DNA of 64,000 bases. It comes from Candidatus Enterousia sp. (GTDB lineage: Bacteria > Pseudomonadota > Alphaproteobacteria > Rs-D84). The stretch covers positions 21,157 to 85,156 of the forward strand of contig JAZQCF010000004.1 of NCBI GenBank assembly GCA_045546075.1, given 5' to 3'. The position numbers and the translations under genes were made by a program. This document shows, one piece after another, positions 26,995-36,829 of this stretch. Numbering within the stretch: the stretch's first letter is position 1; each line of letters starts with the position of its first letter. Under the pieces are notes generated by a model. It was not told the origin of the DNA and searched no databases. It was given only the letters and a program-made list of their open reading frames with translations.

Positions 26995-28437
26995 CTAACA
27001 TTTTGTATATTTCACATGTTTATAAGAAGAACGCCTTTGAATAAAATTATGTATATATTTATCAATTTTTTCCTCTGGTATAAGATATATCTCCATCATT
27101 AGCTCCTTTATAAAAGCACCAGCTAATATACCATAGACGTTTTGTAATATTAATTCATTATTTGCTAGTGCATAGTATTTGCCATTGTTTTTGTTATATG
27201 CTTTCGGATGTACTATTGCATTACGTATTTGACACAAAGCATTACCCAGATTTTTATCTTGTTTTTGCAAATACTTCAACATGCGTTTTATTTTTGTTTT
27301 CCACTGGGTTGATAAACTTTCTAAAACGAAACTATTAACATCTCCGTTTTTAGATTTTCCGCGTAAATTTTGTAATGTTTCAACATAAGAAATCAACATC
27401 ACATAATCTTTTTGATTAATTAGTGATTGACCACCATGCAAAATATCTTCTGCCCCTGTAATCAAATTATGCCAACCAGGTTTATCGTAAAGACGCAACC
27501 ATTTGTTGATAGATATTGTTAATAAATTATCATCTTTATTTATCAAAAAATCTTTTATGGTTATTGGCATCAAATCGTGTGCTAATTTTCCATGTTTATG
27601 CCCAAGAGAAGGGAGCAAATCTCTACAAAGCATAGGGTGTGCTTCATGATATATTTTATTATTTTTGTTATGTTTTACAACACTAATCCAGCTAAAATTT
27701 ATGTTTATTTTACAATCTAATAAAATTTCTAAAAATAAGCGCAATTTGTGTTCGAGCATTCTATAAATAGAGAATTTATTATAACCAGATTTTATATGAA
27801 TAGCGATATTCGTATGAAGACGTTTTAATAAGTTATATTTGTTTTTATCTAAGAGTGGTTGTATATGCTTTTTAAATGAATTCATAATAGTCTTAGATTT
27901 TGCTGAAAAAGAACAAATTACATCATCAAAATCATCAGCAGAGTGAATAGTGTGAGCGGTTGCGTTCACTATTTCAAGCGAGATTTTTGTTTTACCTATT
28001 ACAACCGGCATTTGTGCAAATTTCACCATAGAACTAATGTTTTTATTTGTAGATAAAAATTGATAGAAATTATCGTCATAATCTACATATAAACCACTTA
28101 TCACAAAATTTTTCAGCAACCCTCCGAAAACAACTGCTCGTGCTGAGCCAGTAACAAATTCTGAGAAAACAATATTCATCGTTATGCCTGAGCATTGTAA
28201 AAATACTTCTAACAATGTAATAGGTATAGTTTGTTCATCATAACGAATGATGCCATGCATTACGAGTATAGATTTATTAGTCGGGTGTTTTGAATTAGTA
28301 TTAAATATTGAAATTTTAATACCATTCTCTGGAGAATAACTCAATTTACCAGAAAATTCCTTGTCCGGTTTATTCGGCATCCAAAAAGTGCCTATCCATT
28401 CATAATTTTTACGATGATCTAAATCCAAAGTCGCCAT
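26995..28437 (-). CDS. hypothetical 480-aa protein with a C-terminal HEPN-like Rx4H motif (possible abortive-infection-type RNase)
   Basis: NALCQIRNAIVHPK fits HEPN R-x4-H. Lies between a restriction endonuclease and a nuclease operon in an acquired island. Domain assignment was not verified. Confidence 0.45.
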   Translation of the reverse strand: MATLDLDHRKNYEWIGTFWMPNKPDKEFSGKLSYSPENGIKISIFNTNSKHPTNKSILVMHGIIRYDEQTIPITLLEVFLQCSGITMNIVFSEFVTGSARAVVFGGLLKNFVISGLYVDYDDNFYQFLSTNKNISSMVKFAQMPVVIGKTKISLEIVNATAHTIHSADDFDDVICSFSAKSKTIMNSFKKHIQPLLDKNKYNLLKRLHTNIAIHIKSGYNKFSIYRMLEHKLRLFLEILLDCKININFSWISVVKHNKNNKIYHEAHPMLCRDLLPSLGHKHGKLAHDLMPITIKDFLINKDDNLLTISINKWLRLYDKPGWHNLITGAEDILHGGQSLINQKDYVMLISYVETLQNLRGKSKNGDVNSFVLESLSTQWKTKIKRMLKYLQKQDKNLGNALCQIRNAIVHPKAYNKNNGKYYALANNELILQNVYGILAGAFIKELMMEIYLIPEEKIDKYIHNFIQRRSSYKHVKYTKC

Positions 28438-28449
28438 ATTTTTTAATAA

Positions 28450-28992
28450 CTATTTATCAGTTGGAACCGGTAACCCAAATTTCTGTAACGGTATATATTC
28501 AAAATAATAAGAACAGCCGACCGAAACTATATAATCTAAGACATCTTGATAGCATGGTTGTTTGAACCAGTCACTTAGCAAATAAATATATTCTACTTCC
28601 ATATTCAGTTGAGCCAGTAATTTCTTATATTGTTTTTTCTTAAAATCACAAGTTTGCAATTTTTCGTCTACTGACCCAGCAACACGTTGAAATTTGCATT
28701 CAATTACAAAAAATGTGTTGTTTATAACAACATAAATAGAATCATCTGGTAATAATTTCTTAGATAATATCGATTTCCAATCAATCCCACGGTATTCTAA
28801 AAATTTATATAAAGCAGATTTTTTGAATATAGAGGCAACTTCTTCGCCTTTATATAAAACAGAAACCCACCCGCGTCTATCATCTTTGCAATCATATCCT
28901 GGTTGAGAACACAAAAAAGTGCGTAAATCGGTCTTCCCTTCAAAAACTAAACCGGTTTTAGTATTTGCACCACCAATTCCATTCGCTTTCAT
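28450..28992 (-). CDS. putative type II restriction endonuclease (PD-(D/E)xK)
   Basis: LLPDDSIYVVINNTFFVIECKFQ gives PD ... E-C-K. Immediately downstream of two DNA methyltransferases on the same strand with overlapping stop/start. Confidence 0.5.
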   Translation of the reverse strand: MKANGIGGANTKTGLVFEGKTDLRTFLCSQPGYDCKDDRRGWVSVLYKGEEVASIFKKSALYKFLEYRGIDWKSILSKKLLPDDSIYVVINNTFFVIECKFQRVAGSVDEKLQTCDFKKKQYKKLLAQLNMEVEYIYLLSDWFKQPCYQDVLDYIVSVGCSYYFEYIPLQKFGLPVPTDK

Positions 28993-29774
28993 TTTTTATC
29001 CTTTTTTTCAGATATATCATATAATCTTTTTTCAGCCAATTCAACAAATTGTGGCTCTTGGTCTATACCCACAAACAGACGGCCATGTTTTAATGCTGCA
29101 ACACCTGTCGTTCCGCTACCCATAAATGGATCTAAAATCAAATCGCCAGCATTTGTAGATGCCAAAATAATGCGTTCCAATAATTCCACCGGTTTTTGAG
29201 TTGGGTGTTTGCCAAATTTCTTTTCTTCCTTGGTCGGGGTTCCGATAGCCCAAACGCTTCGCATCTGGCAACCTGGCTTTTTGATAAAGTCCTTTGGGAA
29301 ATCACCGTTCTTCATAGCCTCATAATTAAATGTATGTTTCGCCTTTTTATTTTTGCGCGCCCAGAGCAGTGTTTCATGACTTGCTGTAAAGTACCGACAG
29401 GACATATTCGGACTAGCATTTGGCTTAAACCAAGTTATGTCGTTCAAAATATGGAAACCAAGCAATTGCATAGCAAAACCGCATGAATATATGCTATGGT
29501 ATGTACCACTAACCCACAAAGTGCCATTGGGTTTCAACACACGATGACAAGCACAGAGCCATTTTTTATGAAATTCAAAATCATCACTAAGACCATGAGA
29601 TTTGTCCCAATCGCCTTTGTTCACAGACACAACGCAACCATTTTGACATGTGATACCACCATTAGAAAGCATGTACGGCGGGTCTGCAAATATCATATCA
29701 AATGTATTTTCCGGAAGTTCAAGCAACTTTTCAAGGCAATCTGCACAATAAAGACGGTACTGTTTCTTAGTCAT
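28989..29774 (-). CDS. beta-class N6-adenine DNA methyltransferase (DpnA/MboIB-like)
   Basis: N-terminal FADPPY (motif IV), then a C-terminal HPTQKP...DPFMGSGTT (motif I). This is beta-class order. Confidence 0.8.
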   Translation of the reverse strand: MTKKQYRLYCADCLEKLLELPENTFDMIFADPPYMLSNGGITCQNGCVVSVNKGDWDKSHGLSDDFEFHKKWLCACHRVLKPNGTLWVSGTYHSIYSCGFAMQLLGFHILNDITWFKPNASPNMSCRYFTASHETLLWARKNKKAKHTFNYEAMKNGDFPKDFIKKPGCQMRSVWAIGTPTKEEKKFGKHPTQKPVELLERIILASTNAGDLILDPFMGSGTTGVAALKHGRLFVGIDQEPQFVELAEKRLYDISEKKDKK

Positions 29775-30699
29775 AATTTGTAATCAATAATTCACGAATT
29801 GCATCACGACCATCGGCCTTAGAATTTATAAGACGTTTAGCCAAAATACGGTTAATTTTATAATCTTTGTACAAATCATCAAAGAACGAGTCATCAATAT
29901 AATTGGTTGGATCCGAATTACTCAACATTTGTAAAGTGCCCATCTGATGACATGTGTCAAAGACCTGTTTAAGACGTTCTTGTTCTGCATCATCAAAATC
30001 ACCAACTGCATAAGAATTAAAAGATGACGTTTCACGAATTGGACGATATGGGGGGTCATAATAAATGAATGTGTCGGCCTTTACATAATCTGGTGTAGCA
30101 CCAAAGTCTGCTTGTATAATCGTAGCAATTTGCAAAGCTTCAGACACGTTGCGTAAGTTTTCTTCATCCAAGATACGCGGGTTGGTATATTTGCCCATTG
30201 GAACATTGAATTTGTTTTTGCTGTTTACACGGAACAAACCGTTAAAGCATGTCCGGTTCAAGAATATCGTTAGGGCAGCACGGCGAACAAAACTTGTGCG
30301 GTATACATTGGCATCAACATTTTTATCACAGTCGTTATATTCATCGCGTCTAGCATAATAATATGCTTTTGTGTCATCTGTATGTCTGTATTCGGTTTGA
30401 ATTTTGGTCAGTTCAACAATCAAACTTTCCACATCGCGTTTTATAACGTTGTAAAGAATCACCAATTCTGGGTTGATATCGAATAAAAATGCTTCCTGGA
30501 TTTGATATCTATTGTATATATCAAAAAAGACGGCACCACCACCAACGAAAGGTTCTATATAACGTTTGATGCCGCCCATCTTTAGTTTTAGTGGAAGTTT
30601 TTGTTCAATTTGTTCCAGCAACTGTCCCTTGCCACCGGCCCACTTCAATATCGGGTGGCATTCTGTATAATCTGGCAATCTGGCTGGTATTGCTATCAA
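29767..30699 (-). CDS. Dam-family (alpha-class) N6-adenine DNA methyltransferase
   Basis: KWAGGKGQLL, EPFVGGGAVFFD (FxGxG) and YYDPPYRP, in the order typical of Dam/DpnM. Confidence 0.8.
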   Translation of the reverse strand: MIAIPARLPDYTECHPILKWAGGKGQLLEQIEQKLPLKLKMGGIKRYIEPFVGGGAVFFDIYNRYQIQEAFLFDINPELVILYNVIKRDVESLIVELTKIQTEYRHTDDTKAYYYARRDEYNDCDKNVDANVYRTSFVRRAALTIFLNRTCFNGLFRVNSKNKFNVPMGKYTNPRILDEENLRNVSEALQIATIIQADFGATPDYVKADTFIYYDPPYRPIRETSSFNSYAVGDFDDAEQERLKQVFDTCHQMGTLQMLSNSDPTNYIDDSFFDDLYKDYKINRILAKRLINSKADGRDAIRELLITNYD

Positions 30700-30757
30700 A
30701 ACTCATCCTTTCCTTGCTACTATATTAGAAGAAAATAGCAGATAAAATCAAGGTGTT

Positions 30758-30985
30758 TTATAATATTTTACGTGGTGCGTTTTTCCACAATGCTGCCATT
30801 TGAAATAGTTTGCGCTGGATGCGTCGAAGTAGCCATGCTTGGCGACAAGTTAAATTGCCATCATTGGTTCTGCGGATTGCGGCTTCTAATTCCTTTAATG
30901 ACCGACATGCCGCGAAATAGAGCATAATAAAATCTGTTTTGTTACTGGGGTTGATATCATCAAAATGCTTATACTTCATAGACAA
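30758..30985 (-). CDS. small hypothetical protein
   Basis: 75-aa ORF at the head of the minus-strand methylase/restriction gene train. Could be a regulator. Confidence 0.3.
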   Translation of the reverse strand: MSMKYKHFDDINPSNKTDFIMLYFAACRSLKELEAAIRRTNDGNLTCRQAWLLRRIQRKLFQMAALWKNAPRKIL

Positions 30986-31110
30986 TCCTTTTTAAGGTTG
31001 TCGTATTGATGATTATATTCCCGCGAAAGTCCAGTCATTTTATTATCTTTATTAACTTGACTTCTGGCTGCTTTAGAGCGGTAATTGCGTGACGTTATAA
31101 AGGAGCCGAT

Positions 31111-31551
31111 ATGTCATATAAAGACAACCTGCCTAAGACGATGGATGAGTTAAAAGCACTATCTTTTGATGAACGAGCGCGATTATGGGCAAAATACTCA
31201 CAATATCCATTCAAACGGCAAATGCGGTCGCTTTGGTATTACATTCAATGTGACAGGTTAAATCTTCGAATTGAACATAAATATTTGGTAAAAATTCAAA
31301 AATATAAGGATAATCCAGAACAGTGTTTAGACCATGCGTGCCCAAACAAATACAACTTTGTCCCAGGTACAATTTTAACAAGATATTTCAAAGGGATAAA
31401 ATACACCATCTTAGTCAACGACGACGGTAGTTTTTCTTATAATGGCGATAAATATTCAACTTTATCGGCGATAGCAACCAAGATAGCAGGTATGAAAATG
31501 TCTGGTAATTTCTTCTTTGGAATAAACAAAAGGTATAAACATGACAATTAG
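31111..31551 (+). CDS. DUF2924-family protein (serine-recombinase accessory protein)
   Basis: GTILTRYFKGIKYTILVNDDGSFSYNGDKYSTLSAIATKIAGMKMSGNFFFGI matches the conserved DUF2924 C-terminal block. Sits immediately 5' of the recombinase as in known pairs. Confidence 0.6.
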   Translation: MSYKDNLPKTMDELKALSFDERARLWAKYSQYPFKRQMRSLWYYIQCDRLNLRIEHKYLVKIQKYKDNPEQCLDHACPNKYNFVPGTILTRYFKGIKYTILVNDDGSFSYNGDKYSTLSAIATKIAGMKMSGNFFFGINKRYKHDN

Positions 31552-33162
31552 GTGTGCTATTTATACCCGTAAATCAACCGAACATGGATTGGAACAGGAG
31601 TTTAATTCTCTGCAAAACCAAGAAGAGTCGTGCAAGGCATATATAGCATCACAATCGTTTAATGGTTGGCAATACTATAAGACTTACAGTGATGCGGCGA
31701 TTTCTGGCGGAACTATGGAACGACCGGCATTAAAGCAAATGCTGGATGATATGGCACATGGGTTAGTAAATACTGTGGTGGTATACAAGGTTGATCGATT
31801 ATCGCGTTCAATCTTAGATTTTCACAATATGATGAAATATTTTGAAAAATACGGTGCCAATTTTGTGTCTATTACCCAGTCATTTGATACCAGTACATCT
31901 ATGGGTAAATTGACATTAAATATGCTACTATCATTCGCACAGTTCGAACGTGAAGTATCAAGTGAACGTGTGCGTGATAAAATCCGTGCATCAAAGGCTA
32001 AGGGGTTATGGATGGGTGGTGCCCCACGTTTGGGGTATGATCTAATTAATAAAAAGTTGGTAGTAAGCCCAACCGAAGCAGAACAAGTCCGACACCTGTT
32101 TGAAAAATATCTGGAACTGCAATCTGTGAATGATTTAACTGAATACGCACGGCAAAATGGTATGTTTGGCAAACGATGGGAGACCGCAAAACGGCAAATT
32201 CGTGGTGGAAACCCCATATCTAAAATGAGCATGCATCGCATTCTGCGGGATAAAGTTTACATCGGTCAAATCGAAAACAAAAAAGAAGGTACTTTTGCCA
32301 AAGGTGAACACGAACCGATTATATCAAACGATTTGTTTAATCGTGTCCAAGTTGCGTTGGCTAATAACACAAACAACAAATCCCAAAGCACACATGCGTC
32401 GAATATATTGACCGGAAAATTATTTAATCACAATGGCACAAAGTTCATCAACCAAATGACCAGCGGTAAAGGCAAAAGAAAAATTCATTACTATGCAACC
32501 AAGGGATTTTATTTGACTGCCGCGTGTGTGGATGAGATTGTTATAAAAACAATAACCAATTTTCTGAACAGTGATATGTCTGATCTGCCCATCAATTTGG
32601 CCACCGCGTATTAAAACGAATTGATGTAACAAATATGAATTTCGCAGAAAAACGCAACCTAATTCAATCATTGGTTGAAAAAATTGTGTATTCGCAAGAA
32701 CAACTGATTTATACACTGACTATAGATGCGCAAAAATTACAGCCGTTTATCAAGGAGCATTATGTAAATCAAAATGTTGAGCCCATGGAATATATAATTG
32801 GCGACAACAGCATAACAATCACGGAAAAAGTATTCTTACGCAAATACGTCAACACGGTATACGACCGTGGTAAAAACGGTGTATTAAATGTCACCGACAA
32901 TAATCATTTAATTTTGAAAGCATTTGCAACGGCATGGAAATATAGGGAATTATACGAACAAGATGGCAATGTAGACAATGTGATACGTTCTGTTCGCACA
33001 TCACCAAGATTATTTTATAAATATTTATCTCTCTCGTATCTGAGTCCGTCAATCGTAAATAAACTATTAAGTGGCAAAATTAATATGGCAGTTAGAGATA
33101 TTTTGGATAAAGCATCAAGAAGTGATGACTTTGAGTATCAAGTCAAACTGTTTAATCTATAA
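31541..33162 (+). pseudogene. large serine recombinase interrupted by a stop/frameshift; ORF 31541..32614 carries the resolvase and recombinase domains, ORF 32635..33162 the C-terminal part
   Basis: N-terminal IYTRKST (catalytic Ser) and VYKVDRLSRS. The second ORF begins with KRNLIQSLVEKIVY, the conserved C-terminal helix motif of large serine recombinases. The two ORFs are in different frames, 20 bp apart. Confidence 0.5.
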
Positions 33163-33367
33163 ACACATTGATTTTTTATCTGTTTTATGTTATATTGTGT
33201 ATATGCCTGTTGGAAGGCTAGCCCGTTCGTGTAAAGATTTCATCATCCAACAAATAAAATAATATAAACCTCCGAGCTTATTATCTAAGCCAAGAGACTA
33301 CGAACGCAAAATCAATATTAGATAATGAACTTGGGCAACTCCGCAAATGCGGTAAAGGATTTATATT

Positions 33368-34048
33368 ATGAAAAATATAGACTACTTTAAATTACAAGCA
33401 AAAAATCTGCTTAAAGACTACCAAACACGCTATCTTTCTGAAGATGGTAATATTTATGAATACGAACCAAAGTTTTTTGATATCGTAGGTATATTCCTTG
33501 AATATGAAATAATGGACGATGATAAAAACTTTGAATTTAAATTAGGCAATGCCCAGCATTTAATCGCGCAAATGGCAGGGTTTGCCAGCTGGAAAGATTT
33601 AACAACAGCACCAGAAACAGATCAATTAAAAGCCCGTAAATCACTAGAAAGAAGTATTCATAATGAATATGGATATACAAGTTTTATATCGCATAATTTT
33701 ACACCTGATGGTCGTGAAATAACAGAATATTCACACGAACCATTGGATAGTGATGTGCCTTATCATGAAGAACTGTCTGGACAGGATTGGCAAGATGGTA
33801 TAGATGAATGCCGGCAAAACGGTATGGGGTTTGAACCAGACGAAATCGTTGAATGCTTACATTGTGGAAATCGGTTTCCATTTAAGGAAGTAAAGGTTAG
33901 ACGATTGAAGTCCGAGTACAACAATGGCAAAGAAGATGATTTTAAAGAAATTGTATGCAAACACTATCCAGAATGTAATGGTAATTTACTAGATTTAATA
34001 CCGGTGGAAATGCTTGATGCGAAAGGAGGTGATGAAAATGAGGAATAA
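33368..34048 (+). CDS. acidic hypothetical protein with C-terminal Cys4 (CxxC...CxxxxC) zinc-ribbon-like motif
   Basis: ECLHCGNRF...CKHYPECNG. Overlaps the HNH gene start. Confidence 0.4.
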   Translation: MKNIDYFKLQAKNLLKDYQTRYLSEDGNIYEYEPKFFDIVGIFLEYEIMDDDKNFEFKLGNAQHLIAQMAGFASWKDLTTAPETDQLKARKSLERSIHNEYGYTSFISHNFTPDGREITEYSHEPLDSDVPYHEELSGQDWQDGIDECRQNGMGFEPDEIVECLHCGNRFPFKEVKVRRLKSEYNNGKEDDFKEIVCKHYPECNGNLLDLIPVEMLDAKGGDENEE

Positions 34049-34331
34049 ATTTGCATCTTATTCTCGCAGTACGTCAAAAACATATACTAATGCCAATGGA
34101 TATAGAGTGTACAAAGATTCAGGGCAGCTAGTTCATCGTCATATGGCAGAAATAAAACTTGGTAGACCTTTACAATCTGGTGAAGTTGTGCATCATATAA
34201 ACCGAAACAAACAAGACAATCGTCCATCAAATTTGTATGTGTTCCATGACCAACAAGCACATTGGGCGGCTCATAAACAGGACGCCCAAAATTATGGCAA
34301 AGATTATAGTTTTAAAGGTAAAAATCATTAA
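34014..34331 (+). CDS. HNH endonuclease
   Basis: HRHMAEIKLGR...VVHHINRNKQDNRPSNL is an HNH motif. Confidence 0.65.
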   Translation: MMRKEVMKMRNKFASYSRSTSKTYTNANGYRVYKDSGQLVHRHMAEIKLGRPLQSGEVVHHINRNKQDNRPSNLYVFHDQQAHWAAHKQDAQNYGKDYSFKGKNH

Positions 34332-34440
34332 AAGTGCCTCAACGAAAATAGCCAAAGTATATCAATGCTTGCTATTTGGGCTAGTTTGATAAATTTGGCG
34401 ATATACATTGGAAATATCGTGGGTAAAAATCGCCAGAAAT

Positions 34441-34489
34441 GGGGCGAAAAAAACATCCCGTGGGATTACCACGGGATGTTCAATATTAC
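34441..34489 (-). terminator. terminator hairpin downstream of tRNA-Ser
   Basis: Minus strand AACATCCCGTGG-TAAT-CCCACGGGATGTT followed by TTTTTT. Confidence 0.45.
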
Positions 34490-34583
34490 TGGCGGATGGT
34501 GAGGGATTTGAACCCCCGAAGGTCTTATTTCATACCTTGTCCGATTTCAAGTCGGATGCATTCAACCGCTCTGCCAACCATCC
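34490..34583 (-). tRNA. tRNA-Ser (anticodon TGA), type II with a long variable arm
   Basis: Acceptor GGATGGT/ACCATCC. Anticodon stem TCCGA/TCGGA with loop CTTGAAA. Long extra arm. T-loop TTCAAAT. 3' GCCA is encoded. Confidence 0.85.
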
Positions 34584-34870
34584 GGATTTCGCGGCTCTGT
34601 TAAAACTGCGGTCATAATGATATAGTATTTTTTTCCAAAACGCAAATAAAATACACATAAAAAACACTTGTATCACATACAAATTTTATTTAATATTAAA
34701 CCGAACCGAATGGGAATTTGGTTCGGGGCTGTCGAAAGCCTGCTACACTCGGCACAGATATGTCGTAATCCATAGAATTCACATATTTTGTGCCGTACTA
34801 AATAATTCCCCGACATTGGTCGGGGTGCTGGTGATGTATATAAGGTAAGATCATTGGAATCATTAGTGTA

Positions 34871-35893
34871 GTGATTTTCGAACGCCCCGACCGTCAATTT
34901 TCATTGGCGGTTTTTATCTGCACGGGGGGCGAATTGAAACGTTTTTATACTATTATTTGTGCGGTCTTGTATTCGTGTGTTGCATATGCAGAAGACACGC
35001 GCACATTTCATATTGACGACAAAGTTTTTATACTGTCCCGACATAACTATACAATCCCGGCGTTGCATTTTTCCATAGACGGCGAAATATGGCACGCACC
35101 AACCATTGTAAAGTCCCTGCCCGATACACTGCATTTTAATCGCAAGACTTATATGTACTCGCTGTATAACTATGTTGATGGTCCGGCGGAATGCAACGGC
35201 GAATTCTTTACAGACACGGAAAATTATACCTATGACCAGGATGGTTGGTCGACGGGCGCGACAACAAATGTATACATTGAAGGCACAGGCACACAATTTG
35301 TTGATACCGAATACGAACCAACCGAAATCACACGCACAGAAATCGATTTGAAATTTACAAGCGACACGTATAAATCATCGGGCGGAAATTTATTTTTTGG
35401 CACGCAAAGTGCTTCATCTGCATACATTGCAAACTTCGGTGCCGATGCCCGCTATCAGGCATATATGATTTTTCCGTGGATATGCAAGTATGGTACCAAT
35501 GGGTGCAACAACATAGATAATTTTACAATTACCGCCACACAAAAAAGAACAAAACAAACATTTATTATGGATGCCGGTGCAAAATATGCCCAGTACGCGA
35601 CCAAAAGTAAAAACCTGACCCAAAATCGCGGGGCACCAGAAAACAATTCTATACTTTTATTTGCAGCGCACAACGCATCGGGCACGGCAAACATATACAC
35701 CCGTAACAATGGTATGTTTATCTATGGTGCACGATTTTATGAGGATGGTGTTTTAATGCGAAACTTTATACCGGTGCCGGCGTGTATGAAGATTGGCGAT
35801 TTTGTTGTTCCGGAAAACGGCCTTTGGGATACGGTGGAACAAAAATTCTATGGCAACTATGGCACCGGGGAATTCATATACGGTCAAGATTAA
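34871..35893 (+). CDS. secreted hypothetical protein
   Basis: The signal-like segment KRFYTIICAVLYSCVAYA suggests the real start is the TTG near 34935, just after GGGGGG. Confidence 0.45.
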   Translation: MIFERPDRQFSLAVFICTGGELKRFYTIICAVLYSCVAYAEDTRTFHIDDKVFILSRHNYTIPALHFSIDGEIWHAPTIVKSLPDTLHFNRKTYMYSLYNYVDGPAECNGEFFTDTENYTYDQDGWSTGATTNVYIEGTGTQFVDTEYEPTEITRTEIDLKFTSDTYKSSGGNLFFGTQSASSAYIANFGADARYQAYMIFPWICKYGTNGCNNIDNFTITATQKRTKQTFIMDAGAKYAQYATKSKNLTQNRGAPENNSILLFAAHNASGTANIYTRNNGMFIYGARFYEDGVLMRNFIPVPACMKIGDFVVPENGLWDTVEQKFYGNYGTGEFIYGQD

Positions 35894-35896
35894 AAA

Positions 35897-36610
35897 TTAT
35901 TCCCGCCAGGTGACGGTTTCAAACATGGAATTTATCTCGTCACGCAGCGCGTTGTCATTAAAAAATGATTCACGCATGGCGGATGTTGTGCCGTGCGTTT
36001 CGTCTTCAAAATGTGGAATATATTTTTGCACCGCAAATTTTTTGAATCCGCGTGCCGCAACATCGTGTGCGATTTTACGCAAATCGTCCGGCGTGACAAA
36101 ACGCGGGTCGCATGTTGTGCGGACCTCGGCTTCCGTGCCGGTTTTCGCCAATACGTCCAAACTTTTTATCATACGGTCGTATGCGATATTTACACCCGTC
36201 AATTTTTCGTAATTATCTTTTGTGGCCTTGTAATCAATGCCAACCCAATCAATTAAATCCGCCGCCGTGGCCAGGTTTTCCGGATAAAAACCGTTCGTAT
36301 GCAGGCCGATTTTGAAACCCAATTCACGCACGCGGCGAATATATTCAAAAAGTGCGGGACCGTGCATTAATGCTTCGCCCCCGGAAAAGACAACGGCCTC
36401 AAGTTTACCGACACGTGTCTTTAACCAATCAAAAACTTTTTCGGGGTCATATTCCCCCGCCCCCATTGGTATCAGATGCGGGTTGGAACAATACGCACAA
36501 CGAATTGGACAACCAACCAAAAACAGCACACATGCCAATTTGCCCGGATAATCAATCGTTGTAAACGAAACCAACCCGCCAATCTGAATCGTATTCATAA
36601 CTTTACGCAA
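35897..36610 (-). CDS. nrdG: anaerobic ribonucleoside-triphosphate reductase activating protein (radical SAM)
   Basis: CPIRCAYCSNP radical-SAM cluster and the glycine-rich SAM motif VVFSGGEA. Confidence 0.85.
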   Translation of the reverse strand: MRKVMNTIQIGGLVSFTTIDYPGKLACVLFLVGCPIRCAYCSNPHLIPMGAGEYDPEKVFDWLKTRVGKLEAVVFSGGEALMHGPALFEYIRRVRELGFKIGLHTNGFYPENLATAADLIDWVGIDYKATKDNYEKLTGVNIAYDRMIKSLDVLAKTGTEAEVRTTCDPRFVTPDDLRKIAHDVAARGFKKFAVQKYIPHFEDETHGTTSAMRESFFNDNALRDEINSMFETVTWRE

Positions 36611-36788
36611 CCTTTTTCATTAATTCAATATGGCGTGCGCCGGCGGTCAGGCTGTTTGCCTCAGTAAACGTTTTGCGTTCACAGAATTCCGAATATTTAC
36701 CAATGTTAAAATTCCGTGTTGGACGAATAAATCCCATACTGCGTGAAAAAACTTCGCATGGTGTTCTTTGTTGTTCGTTTGCAATCAT
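36603..36788 (-). CDS. stand-alone NrdD C-terminal glycyl-radical domain protein
   Basis: SRSMGFIRPTRNFNIGKYSEFCERK aligns with the NrdD C-terminal RVCGYLGSPxxRPFNAGKQEEVKRR glycyl-radical region. Its own RBS AGGGAGAG lies 5 nt upstream of the ATG. Confidence 0.55.
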   Translation of the reverse strand: MIANEQQRTPCEVFSRSMGFIRPTRNFNIGKYSEFCERKTFTEANSLTAGARHIELMKKVA

Positions 36789-36829
36789 TATACTCTCCCT
36801 TTGTTTTGATTGTTGATTTATTGGTTTGT

